Of a stretch of 64,000 nucleotides of DNA, positions 41,149 through 53,331 are shown piece by piece; position 1 is the first letter of the stretch; each line of letters starts with the position of its first letter. The notes below the pieces were generated by a model. It was given only the letters and a program-made list of their open reading frames with translations. It was not told where the DNA came from and did not search any database. The position numbers were made by a program, and so were the translations under genes. The stretch comes from Rhizophagus irregularis (Eukaryota), in assembly GCF_026210795.1 (NCBI RefSeq), contig NC_089431.1:4154001-4218000 (forward strand), given 5' to 3'.

Positions 41149-43049
41149 TTTTTCGAAAAAAAATTTATTTAACTCGCGAAAAAAAAGAAAAAAAAAAATA
41201 GAGAAAAAGAGTTTATTTGTTTAGTAAAAATTTATTTGTTTAGTAAAAAAATTGAACAAAATGACAAAATGAACGTGAAGTTTGTTTATTTATATATGGG
41301 TGTATATTTTAAAAAAGATCAACAAATATATATATACATTTTATTGCATTTTTCACATATTTCACATAAACAAAAAAGTCACTACAAATTTGAAACTCTG
41401 AAACTCTTATCGATCATAACAAAAAAAATTTCCCACAATTGAATTATAAATATTTACAATAATATAAATAATTCACGAGGCGTAGTAACAATTTTGTTGC
41501 GGTAATAAGTTCTCCCGCAAATTTTTCAAAAAAAAAAAGTCTTACAAAAAAAAACAGCTTTTACATATCTGGAAACAAAAGACAAAATGTCAAACGTAAT
41601 GCTTGTCCACCCATGACTTACTGACCGCAGTAATAATAATGAGTTTTTTTTATCGATTCTTCGAACAAAAAAGAAGTATGATAGAATTTCAAATATTTAT
41701 TTATTTTATTTTATGTACTGTACAGTAAAAGAATGTGACTTTATAATAAACTCTAAAAAGGGATAGACCGGATAGTTCCTTTTTTAGGGGCTTAACTTTT
41801 TTTGGATCGTCAATCGTCATTTTCAGGCATCCCTTCCCATTCCTGAATTAGTTCTTGTTGTTTAAAGATCCGATCTTTCGCATAATTTGCCTCAAGTTTC
41901 ATAACTTTCATGGCTTAGTTGGCTTGGTTTAATCTAAACGTATTTAACGATAATAATTGGTATTAAAAAAAAAAATTTTTTTATATTATAAAATATAAAA
42001 CGTTTCCGTCTTATCTATTTCACAATGTTTACTTAAACAGCATTAAAAGTAGCGAAAGATTACCATATATATAATTTATTTATTTTTTTAAAAAAAAAAA
42101 TTATTTCTCCTTTCAAACTTTAAAATTGTAATGGCAATAATACATGCACTCTGTACATAGAGCAACCATAAACGTGCATGAATCTTATGAAAGATCTAAA
42201 TTTTATTCTGTATTACATAGAATACATACTAGATAGCAGCCCTTGTGAAACCCGCCAATTTTTAAAAAACCTGGAAACCTTGATGGGGAAAAAAAATAAG
42301 TACAGAGAAAGAAAAGTATAAAGAAAGCACGGCAGGAGAAATGGAGAATCTTGATATGCATAATATATTTTACAGTAAAGTCTATCAAGAATAATACCTC
42401 ATGTCTATCAAGAATGATACTTTTGCCACGAGTAGACTTGGGCAGCAGGGCAAGTCATCACAAAAACAGTAAATATTTTAACAAATTATCCATTTTAAAA
42501 GTTTGGTAAGGTAAACAACTGGCTAATACTAATCTAAGATATCAGTTTCTTGTAAAAAAAAAAATAATGTAAATAATATTTGTCAAATAAAAATTATATC
42601 ATTTCTTTTTATACGCGATGCATCGTCACTTTCCTTTTTGTCGCCACCCCCCTTAAAATGGCGATAAATAAATTAATAGTATGGTGCGTGGCACCTATAC
42701 TCTTCAAAAATATTGCATAGTTCCTAATTGTATCTAGTTTTTCAATTTATATTTTATTAAAAGATTAAACCAATTTTTATATAATTTAAGTTGTTCTCTT
42801 TTAAAAATTGGTTCACATTTTAGATTAGCTTAATTATTAAAAAAGTTATTGGGAGTCAAAAATAAGGCATGTTATTATAAATTAAGCAAATTCGGACTAA
42901 CTTTGCAGGGGTAATTACAAGGGTAATTTTATAGATTGACCAATAAAATAAGAGATCTTTTATCACGTGATAACAATGTTCAAAAATTTTTTTTAAAAAA
43001 AACGAAAAATGCCACCTTTGTCCAAAAATCAAAAGAGCGGTCACATACA

Positions 43050-44280
43050 ATAAATGGCCAATATGATGTTAAAGAATAGTATAAAAATAATCATAAATTA
43101 ATGCTAGTTAATAATAATAACGCAAAAAAACATTATGATAGAATAATTACAATGAAATTGCTGATGTATCCAATTCTCTTTACAATAATCCAATATTTCA
43201 GGTTTGGGTGATGATGGTAATGATGCATTAGTTAGTGATTTCTTTAATAAAACTGAGGATTAGAACAATGATAATGATAGTGAATGGGATAATTCAGAAG
43301 ATGTAGAAGATGAAACAAAAGAATTTGATTTAGTATGGCAAGATGATAATTAATTAGAAAAAATAAAACAAGAACCATATAAGGTAGGCAAAATACCAAA
43401 ATCAACCTGATGGCTATTATAATAAATATGGTCCAAATGGTTCATTAACTAAAGCAACAGCTGATACAAAAAAAATTACAAATTTCTTTAAAGAAAAGTG
43501 ATGCTCAGGATACTGATCAATCATTTAATTTAAACACATTAGAAGATGCTTCAAATGGTTTGGAAAGTGATATCATTAATCCATATACTTATCAAATGAC
43601 TGAAAAAATAAGAAAAATTAAAAAAATAATTAGAAAAATAACACAGTCAGTTAACAATTACAGAATACAATTATAAAAAAGCAATATTTGAATATTTTAT
43701 CCTGTTAAACAGTAATAATGGGTGTAGATAGGATTCCACTTACTTATAAGATAAGTCACCCCCAAGCCTAAGGTAAAAATCATATATAAAATTCTTTGCA
43801 GATCCTACTATAAAAGAAAATTTTATGTTACATTGTTATGATTTTGTTCCTTTTTAGCTAATTAACCAATAGAATTTAAGAAAAAAGTAAGGTAAAAACT
43901 ATTAGTAAAAGGCCAATTTTCTACGGTGACCTTTATTATAAGTAAGCGGAATCCTGTGTAGATAAATAGATATCAGTTTAAGGGTTGCACAAAAAATCTT
44001 TATTAATGGTGGTATATAGAAAGCATGAAAAATTTGAAACTTTACAAGATATTAGTTAATAAACAATGACCTTTTAGCATCTAGAGGACGTAGAAAATAT
44101 CAAAAAACAGTTAGAGTGATTGATAATGAAGATGTTGCAGAAAGATGTCATGTTTGGATCTGAAAATAAAACTTTAATACTACATCTGTTGCTTTTAAAA
44201 ATTTTATTGAATATGAATTATTTTCTGCTATTGGAATTGCTAAAAAGAAGACCATTTATAATATAAGGATTGCAATAAGA
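43050..44280 (+). mobile_element. Degraded Tc1/IS630-like transposase, N-terminal half
   Basis: Fragments KIPKST..KYGPNG..KKITNFF and QKTVRVIDNEDVAERCHVWI..FKNFIEYELF..KKKTI with many stops; interrupted by a MITE. Family assigned from recalled resemblance. Confidence 0.55.
43731..43954. mobile_element. Mutator-like MITE nested in the transposase remnant
   Basis: TIR GGATTCCRCTTACTTATAA..GTCACC. 10-bp flanks GGTGTAGATA / TGTGTAGATA. Confidence 0.85.
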
Positions 44281-44685
44281 TGTAAGTGATTTTATTTTTA
44301 TTTTTTTTTTTAATCGCAGTGCATTTGCAGTTTTATTAAAAAAGAAAAATAATAAGAATATGTATATAAAGTATGATTCTAAAAGCTACTCTAATATAAT
44401 TAAACTACAAATCACTCATCATATATATAGTACCCTACATGTGTACGTTCAAGTGATTATTAGATTCAGTAGGTAAATAACATTTATAATGCGTCATCTT
44501 AACCAAATAGTTCTATCTTTAAAGTTAGGTGATCACAAGACCAATGTAAGTGATTTTAAAAATAATATGCAATTATTATATATAATATTAATTTTAATAA
44601 TTATATCTATTATAAAAAAAAGGGTTTAAAGTTCTTAGTTATTTATTTCAGCAATATTATCATAAGTGGGATACCACATATAATA

Positions 44686-45142
44686 CAGTCAAATTTCAAT
44701 ATACTGAACTCATGATTTGGAAGTAAAAGTTTGGTATATAGTAGAGTTTGGTAAAGCCAATTTTTATTATATACTAAACCCCTAAGTTTTTTCAGTAAAA
44801 GTTCAGTATATAAAGAAAATCACATGATTAATATCACAATTTTGGCTAAAATTAAAGATGACTTAATTTAGGCAAAAATTAAGTGGTTCTAATTCTGGCC
44901 AAAATTAATTAATTTCAGGCAAAATTGGAAAATCATGTGATTGAGTTCAGTATATCAAAATTTTTTTACTATGTTTTATAATACGTGATGAATTAATAAA
45001 AGTTCAGTATATGTTATACAAAGTTTATATAATGTTCAGTATATCAAGATATTTTTAAATATTATGAAACTGGTTTTTAAAAAAAAGTTCAGTAAGTCGA
45101 GAGTTTATTACATCATGGGTTCGTTATATCAAGATCAGACTG
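44686..45142. mobile_element. pogo-type MITE
   Basis: CAGTC..GACTG termini with TA TSD; internal AGTTCAGTATAT repeats. Confidence 0.75.
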
Positions 45143-45149
45143 TATAAAT

Positions 45150-45510
45150 TATATTATATGTAGTATCTCACTTACCTTAGATTATAGTATCATATGTAAT
45201 CTAAATATTACATATAATATGAATACCACATATAATCTAAATATCACATGTAATTTAAATATCACATATAATCTGAATATCACATATGATCTTACATATG
45301 ATCTAAATGATGTGATCTAATTACCATATATAATCTAAATAATATGGTTTAAATACCACATATAATCTAACATTTTATTATTTTTTATATTGCTTTTATG
45401 TTCTAACTATGTCTTTAAGTCTTTCTTGATATTCATATTTTTATGCTAATATACTTTTTATTACCACAATATAATCTAATTACCACACATATATAATCTA
45501 AATATCACGG
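45150..45510. repeat. Degenerate ~19-bp tandem repeat (AATATCACATATAATCTA)
   Basis: Repeated ATAYCACATATAATCT units. Confidence 0.75.
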
Positions 45511-46443
45511 TTTTCTTTTTATTTCTGAATTGTTTATATACTAAATTCTATAACTAGGAAACGGGAACCGTTGTAAGTCCAGAACGAAAAACTAAAATTT
45601 GCCGATTTCATTGGGTGACGATCACATGGCGGACAGAGAAACTCACGTGATCGATTTTTTTTCATAGTGCGTAGACATATATTGTCCTTCGCTTCGCTCT
45701 GGACAATAAAGTTGTTGACCTTTTGTAGTTGTTTAGATACCTAATTTTATGTTGAGATGCTGACTTCTTGCACCTAATTGGGTGCTGGATTCTATATTGG
45801 AGTACTTACTCTTTGTGAGCATAGCAGACATGCTCATATCACCTTACTGATTATTTACTGATTACTAGATTCTGCAAAATATCTGATTCGATTTGAATCC
45901 GTGAATTAGATCTGAATCAGATCTGGATCAAATCATTAATTTATAATCCATAAATCTGATTAGACCAAAAAATAATGATCCGATTTGAATTGGATTAGAT
46001 CTGAATCAGATCTGAATCACATTTTGAATCATTTGAATCAAGCAATAATAGCTATCCGAAAATTTTTTTTAATCCAAGAAAAATGTTTTATTTAACAATT
46101 TAACAGAAATAACATTTTTTCTTTAGAACTCTTAAAAAAACCAATTTTTTTTTAAAAAAAATCTCACTAACTCTTTAAAAAAGAGTTTCTGTAAAAAATG
46201 AGAAGGAACGTCACGAGTCTAATGATAACAAATTGGCAACCAATCAGATGCTAATAGCCTTTCTTATTGGACTCTGACCATTTTTATGAATGCCAATTGT
46301 GGTCAATTAATGGCGCAAATCAAGATAAAATCGGAATGCAATATTGGCATTAAATGGGAGAACTAATTTATATATATCAGAATTTACCAATAATATTAAA
46401 TTGTTAAAATCAATTGCATTTAATAAGTAAATTTATATAAATA

Positions 46444-48119
46444 TAGTGCTCCGAAAAAAATCTGATCTGATCTGGGATCCGCAGATTTGATCCAAGTCAG
46501 ATCAGTTTGGTTTTCAAAATTTTGATCCGTAAATCAGATCAGATTTAAAAAAAATCTGATCTGATCAAATTCAGATCAGATCAGATCAAACACAAGAAAA
46601 TCTGATCTGATCTGAACAGATTTCGGATCAGATTTTTTTTTTAAATTAAAATTTTTTTTAAAAAAAAAATTCATTTTTTTAAAAACCCTTTCCTGGACAA
46701 ATGGACGCCAGACGACCAAGATTTAAAAGAACGAACTAGGTAAGTTCATTTCTTTTTTTTTATTATTTTTACTTGAGGGAACTTAATTAACGGTTTTCTT
46801 CTTTTTTATTAGGAAGCCTAGATGAACGAAGCCTAACGACCAGGATTTAAAAAAAAAGAACGAACCTATGGTGAGTTCGTTCTTTTTTTTAAGGTTTTTT
46901 TTTATTTTTTATTTAAGGGAACGTAATTAACGTTTTCTTTCTTTTTTTTAGGAAACCTGGACGTAAACAAAGTCGTTAACGACCAGGATTTAAAAAAAGA
47001 ATGAACTATGGTAAGTTCGTTTCTTTTTTTAAGTTTTTTTTTTTAATTTACTTAAGGAAACATAATTAACGTTCTCTTTCTTTTTTTTTAGGAAACCTGG
47101 ATGTGGACGAAGCCATTAATGACTAGGATTTAAAAAAAGAATGAACTATGGTAAGTTCATTTCTTTTTTTAAGTTTTTTTTTTATTTTTACTTAAGAGAA
47201 CGTAATTAACGTTCCCTTTCTTTTTTTTTTAGGAAACCTGGACGAACGAAGTCGTTAAGATGTTAACAACCAGGATTTAAAAAAAAGAACGAACTATGGT
47301 AAGTTCGTTTCTTTTTTTAAGTTTTTTTTTAATTTACTTAAGGGAACGTAATTAACGTTCCCTTTCTTTTTTTTTTAGAAAACCTGGACGTGGACGAAGT
47401 CGTTAATGACTAGGATTTAAAAAAAGAATGAACTATGGTAAGTTCATTTCTTTTTTTAAGTTTTTTTTTTAATTTACTTAAGGGAACGTAATTAACGTTC
47501 CCTTTTTTTTTTAGGAAACCTGGACGTGAATGAAGCCATTAATGACCAGGATTTAAAAAAAGAACGAACTATGGTAAGTTCATTTCTTTTTAAGTTTTTT
47601 TTTTATTTTTACTTAAGGAAACGTAATTAACGTTCCCTTTCTTTTTTTAGGAAACCTGGACGAACGAAGTCGTTAAGACGTTAACGACCAGGATTTAAAA
47701 AAAAGAACGAACTATAGTAAGTTCGTTTCTTTTTTTTAGGTTTTTTTTTTATTTTTACTTAAGGGAACGTAATTAACGTTCCCTTTCTTTTATTTTTAGG
47801 AAACCTGGACACGAGACAAAGCTAAACGACCAGGATTTAAAAGAACGAACTATGGTAAGTTCATTTTTTTATTTTTATTTTTATTTTTTTTACTTTAAGA
47901 AACGTAATTAACGTTTCCTTTCCTTTTTTTAGTACAAGGACCAGATCTGAACCAGATTCGGATCAGATTCAAATCGGATTCAAATGGATCCGAACCAGAT
48001 TCGGATCAAATTGAACTAGATCTGATCAGATTCGGATCAGATCAGATCTATTAAAATAAAAATCAAATTAGATCAGATTTAAGTTAAATCCAGTCTGAAC
48101 CGATCTGTTAAGAGCACTA
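46444..48119. mobile_element. Non-autonomous hAT element nested in the larger hAT
   Basis: TAGTGCTC..GAGCACTA termini, perfect 8-bp TSD TATAAATA (46436-43, 48120-27), dense TCAGATC subterminal repeats at both ends. Confidence 0.92.
46700..47935 (+). repeat. Tandem array of ~140-bp intron + micro-exon units (9 introns)
   Basis: GTRAGT donors at 46740, 46871, 47011, 47151, 47299, 47438, 47574, 47717 and 47855. Each is followed by TAATTAAC, poly-T and TAG. Confidence 0.9.
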
Positions 48120-48221
48120 TATAAATATATTGCTCAAATTTATTTACATTATAAAAACAATTAAAATACTAATTTAATATATTAAATGTCCTATAATATA
48201 TAATACATAAAGTATTACTCT

Positions 48222-49095
48222 CGAAACTTATTATCTAATCCAAGAGAACCTACAAAAAGAAGTAAAATAAAACGTTAATAATGTTTCTTAAAAAAAATTA
48301 AAGTTTCAAAATTTCAAAGTTGAAACTTATCGATCAAAAGCCCAAAAGAAACTGATATCTAAAAAAAAAATAAAATTAAGCCAATTTAATTTTACCAATC
48401 CAAAAGGCAGTATTAAAGCCGATACCTAAAAAAAGAAATAAAAAAATGTTAGAAAAAGTTATTTTTTTAAAAAAAACAAAGTTTCAAAAAAACAAAAATT
48501 TTGAAATTTACCCGATCTAAGTGAAGAGTCTCACCGATACCTAAAAAAAGAATAAAAAAAAAATATTAGAAAAAAGTTTTTTAAAGTTTTGAAAGAACAA
48601 GAACGAAACTTTAAAACTTAGAAACTTATCCAATCCAAGTGAAGGGTCTCGCCGATACCTAAAAAAGAAATGAAAAAAAATATTAGAAAAAAAATTTTTA
48701 GTTTCGAAAGAACAAGAACGAAACTTTTGAAACTTACTAATCCAAAGTGAAGGGTCTTGCTGATACCTAAAAAAAGAAATAAAAAAACATTAGAAAAAGT
48801 TTTTTTTTTAAAAAAAATAAAGTTTCAAAAAAATGAAAATTTCGAAACTTACCGATCCAAAAAAAGATTCAAAAGAAGAACGAAACTTACCTATTCAAAA
48901 GAAAGGTTGAAGCCGATACATCATACATACCTAAGAAAAAAAGAAAAAAAATTAAATTTATTATTTTAAAAAAAACAAATAAGTTTCAAAGTAAAACCTT
49001 CAAAACTTACTGAATCTAAACTAAAAAATGTTTCAAAATAAATGAAATGAACGAAACTTATCAATTCAATTCAAAGAAAGCCGATATCTAAAATG
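48222..49095 (-). repeat. Tandem array of ~110-120-bp intron + micro-exon units
   Basis: On the minus strand, repeated GTAAGTTTC..CTAAT..poly-T TAG|GTATCGGC..TTGGAT units. Confidence 0.75.
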
Positions 49096-49625
49096 GAAGT
49101 GTTTTTTTAAAAAAGGAAAAAAAGTAACTTTTAAAAGCTCAAAAAGATTATCTTTAGACACAAACCATAATTGACTAGGCTGATCTGCCAATTGATTTAT
49201 TTTGCTGATTTTGCCATTAGTCAAAAATTTTGACAATTCTTTTTTTTAAAAATTCATTAAAAGATGGGTATGTTTAATTGTTTTAAAAAAAAAATTGTGC
49301 ACTTATCCCTTTTTTTATAAATTCATTTAAAAAGGGGCAGATTTTTAGATGTTAGAAAAAAAAATTTTTATTTCATTAATTTCATTATAAAGGATGTCCC
49401 TTTTTCTTTTTTAAAAATTCATTAGAGAGTGAAGTAATTATATTTAAGAAAATTTTTTTTTTTTACTAGCACTTTTCCCTTTTTTATAAATTCATTTAAA
49501 TGGGCCAATTTTTATATAGAAAAAAAATTTTATTTCATTATAAAAGAATGAATTTTTTAAAAATGTTAAAAAAGAAATTTTTTTTTATCACTGATTTACC
49601 CTCTTTATAACATTATTAATACACT

Positions 49626-51860
49626 ATGGAAGTCGGTGATGATGATAATGGTAATGAACAAGATTTTGAAAATGAAGTTTTACTGACAGTGGAAAGTTTT
49701 AAAGGTAGTATTGTCTAGATCTATTTTACAAAAGATCCTGATTTTAAAGAAAATAAGAAGGCCACCTGCAAACATTGTTCTAAAGTTTATGTGTATTTTG
49801 GGGGCAACACATCAAATTTAAAGAAACATTTAAAAAAACATAATATACAAATGAATTAAAATCATGGACAAGACATTAGAGAAATGTTTAGCTCTTCTAA
49901 GGTATATGTCTTTACTTTATTTCTTGTAAAGTTTTTCAAATTTGAATTTCCATTATTAATAATAGTTATTAATTAGTGGGTTTATAATAATGATACAATG
50001 AGAGGAAAACTTGTCCAATAGGTTATAATGAATTAACAACCCTTTAGCGTTGTTGAAGAACTAAGTTTTATTGAGTTTATGCATTCATTCCATCCCAGTG
50101 CCTTGGTATCCTTAGTAGACACGATCAAGAGAAACATTTACAATCTTTACAAAGTAAATGTTAAAAAGATTAAAGATATTTTGCAAATGGTGCCAGAAAA
50201 GATATTATTTACAACCGATATCTGGACTTCCCTCTCAACCAAATCTTTCCTGTCCTTAACTGCCCATTTCATTGATAAAGAATGAAAGTTATGAAGTGTG
50301 ATAGTTGACTTTATACAAATGTATAGATCTCACACTGGCAAAAATATTAAAAATACATTCATATTAGGATTAGAAAATTTGTCAATTGAAGATAAGGTAA
50401 TTACTTATTCTTAAATTTATTCTTAAATTTAAGTTAGAATAAATATATTTAATTTGTTTATAAATTTTATAGCTATTTGGAATTACTCTTGATAATGCCT
50501 CAAATAATCAAGTATTTATTAATGAATTAAGTAAATGGGCAGATCAAAATCATATCATTTTTAACAGTGAAAACTACTTTAGATGCTTTGTGCATACAAT
50601 TAATATAGGTGTACAAGAATTTTTAAAATATTTAGATCAAGAACTAGGTTTAAGTCAGGTTAGAATTTTTTTATTTTACTTAATTTTGGTTTATTAATTA
50701 ATAATTTAATTTATTCATTTATAGCTCAGGCAACTTCTTAATAAAATTTGTGCATCTACTCAACGGTGTGAAAAATTAAGCCTTGCATGTAAGAATAATA
50801 GTATTGATGATTTAAAACCTATAATAGATGTGCCAACAAGGTGGAATTTGATGTGTGAAATGATTTCAAGAGCTTTATTAATAAAACCTGTAAGCTTTTT
50901 TACGTACTATATTTACTGTAATTTTGTATTATTACTTATTACTTTTCAAATTAATTATTTATTGGGCTCTTGATATTACTGCAATATCTGATCATGATCT
51001 CAAAAGCTATACACTTACAGAAGAACAATGGAATGGACTTAGAAAAATAGTGGATTTTCTTGAACTATTTAAAGAAGTAACAGCAGTAATTTCAGGAAGT
51101 ACATATTCAACACTTTTTATGATGATTCTATTATTCAATTTTTTAATTAATCATGTAGAAGATATTATTGGAGATGAGAATGAAAAAGTTAATGATGAAA
51201 ATGATGATGAAAATGATGATGAGAATATACGAATTGAAAAATCAATAAAAAAAGCTGCTAAATATTGCAAAGATAAATTATTGAAATACTATGTCAAGAC
51301 AAATAACGTGTATTCAATAGCAGTTATCTTAGATCTGAGATTAAAAATACAATATTTTAAAGATGAAGAGTGGGATGATGATTTAATAAATGAAATTAAT
51401 CAAAAGTATGTACTTTTAAAGTTTTTGATATATTTATTTAATAATTATATTAATCATTAATTTTTTATTTAGTTTTGTGAATATTTTTAATTCTAATTAT
51501 GCCACTACCTCCTTAAATTCCAACATTTCCTTCACCTCAAAAGAAAAATCAGTAATATCACGTGTATTTAAACGTCACTATGGAAAATGTAGATAAATTT
51601 AAAACATATATTGCTTTACCAACTGTTTCTGGTAAAACTTTGGATCCTCTCAAATGGTCGCGAATTAATGAAACTCAATATCTACAACTTAGTAAGATGG
51701 CCCATGATTATTTAGCTATACCTGCTACAAGTGTACCATCAGAGCAGTGTTTTTCAATTTCAAAAAATTTAATTACAAACAATAGAAACTGTTTAATAGG
51801 AAAAACAATAAGAATAAGTATATATTTGAAATCCTAGAATTATTTATTGAATAATGAATA
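49626..51860 (+). pseudogene. hAT transposase pseudogene (zf-BED, DDE, dimerisation domain)
   Basis: ATCKHC..TSNLKKHL, FTTDIWTS, DNASNN, RCFVHTIN, DVPTRWN, PATSVPSEQCFS; introns; several premature stops. Confidence 0.92.
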
Positions 51861-53331
51861 AATAATTATTTATTTTTAAAATTATATTATTTTTTTTATT
51901 TTATTTTATTTTTTTCTTAGTATTATAAATATAAGTATCATGTCAATAAAGTAACTAATCTAATATCTATCTATATAACTAAAAAAGATTAAGTGAAATA
52001 TAATTAATGACTATAGAGAGGTTGGCTAAATACACTTTTTTGAATAATAGTGTAGTTAGCCGAAATATTCACAGATAACTGTAACATTTTGAATTGCTGT
52101 TTCGTATTCTTTATAAGACCCGCTTGATCAACAAATCATGTTGTACATATTGTATATCTAATAGAATTTTTTTTTTTTTTTTTTTTTGATTATTAAATTA
52201 CCGATTTATTTTTTTTTCAAATATTTATTTTTTTCATCATTTTTTTTTTAAACCTATTTTTAAATTTTTTTCCTTTTCTTTACCATTCTTTTTTTTCTTT
52301 TCCTCTTTCTTTTTGATTTGGTTTTTTTTTCACCAAGAATTTTTTTGGTTTTTTTTCATTCTTTTCCCGTTTATTTTTCCAAACTAAAATTTTTTTTTTT
52401 TATAAATAATTCTATTGTTTTAGTCTTTTAAGACCGATTTTTTTTATACTATTTTTTTTTCGGTCTTTATTTTTAGACCATATTATTAAAAATTTTTTTT
52501 CAGTCTTTTTGAACCTTATTTTTCAGAATTTTTTTTGGTACCTATTTTTTTTATGAATTCCTTTTTTTTCAAAAATTTCCTTTTTTTAAACCAATTTCTT
52601 TTTTTATCCTTTTTTTTCCCCTAATTTTATTTTTGTTTTTTTTTCAAATTTTCTTTATTGTTATTTTTTTGGGGTTTTTTTCGAATTTTTTAAAACCTTT
52701 TTTTTGAGTTGGTTTTTTTTCCAATTTGAAAATTCTTTTTTCACTTTTCTTTTTTTGGATTAGCTTTTAACTTTTTTTCCAATCTGAAAAATTTTTCTTT
52801 TTTTGGTTTGGCTTTTTTTTTGTTTTTTCCTGAACCATATTTTAAACCATTTAGATTTGGATCAGTGATCAGATTGATGCTGCAGCACCACAGTAATTCT
52901 TCTTAATAAGAATATTTTCTCTAATTATTTTTTAGGTTCAATAATAGACTGACATATAATTTACTTATTTATTTATTTTTTGTAATAATAGATCTGACAA
53001 TAGATCGGAATAATTAATTTTCTAAAAAATTTTTTTTTTCATAACAATAGATTGTTATAATTGATTTTTGGAGGATTTTTTTTTACTTTAATTTTAAAAT
53101 ATATTATTAATACTTTAAAACTAAAATGTTTGCCATGAACCCTTTTTTTAATTAAAAATATAAAATTGAATCAGATTCAAATTGGATTTAGATTAGATTC
53201 AGATTAGATTCAGATTAGATTCAGATTAGATTTAATTTGATTTGGATCAAATCCAATTTTTTTAAAATAAATCAGATTGGATCAAATCTTACTATCTAAA
53301 TCTGATCTGATCTGATCTGTGCGGAACCCTA

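Larger units (their letters stand above)
45866..53331 (+). mobile_element. Decayed hAT transposon region
   Basis: GATCTGA/TCAGATC subterminal repeats at 45870-46030 and 53170-53325. Right end ..GCGGAACCCTA. Transposase remnant inside. Left end degenerate, no matching TSD. Confidence 0.6.

Noticed and set aside
46700..47935. CRISPR array
   Set aside because: Whole ~140-bp units are repeated with no unique spacers, there are no cas genes, and the context is eukaryotic.
52140..52860. Long T-rich tract as another intron array
   Set aside because: It lacks regular donor, branch point and acceptor periodicity; treated as low-complexity hAT 3' region.
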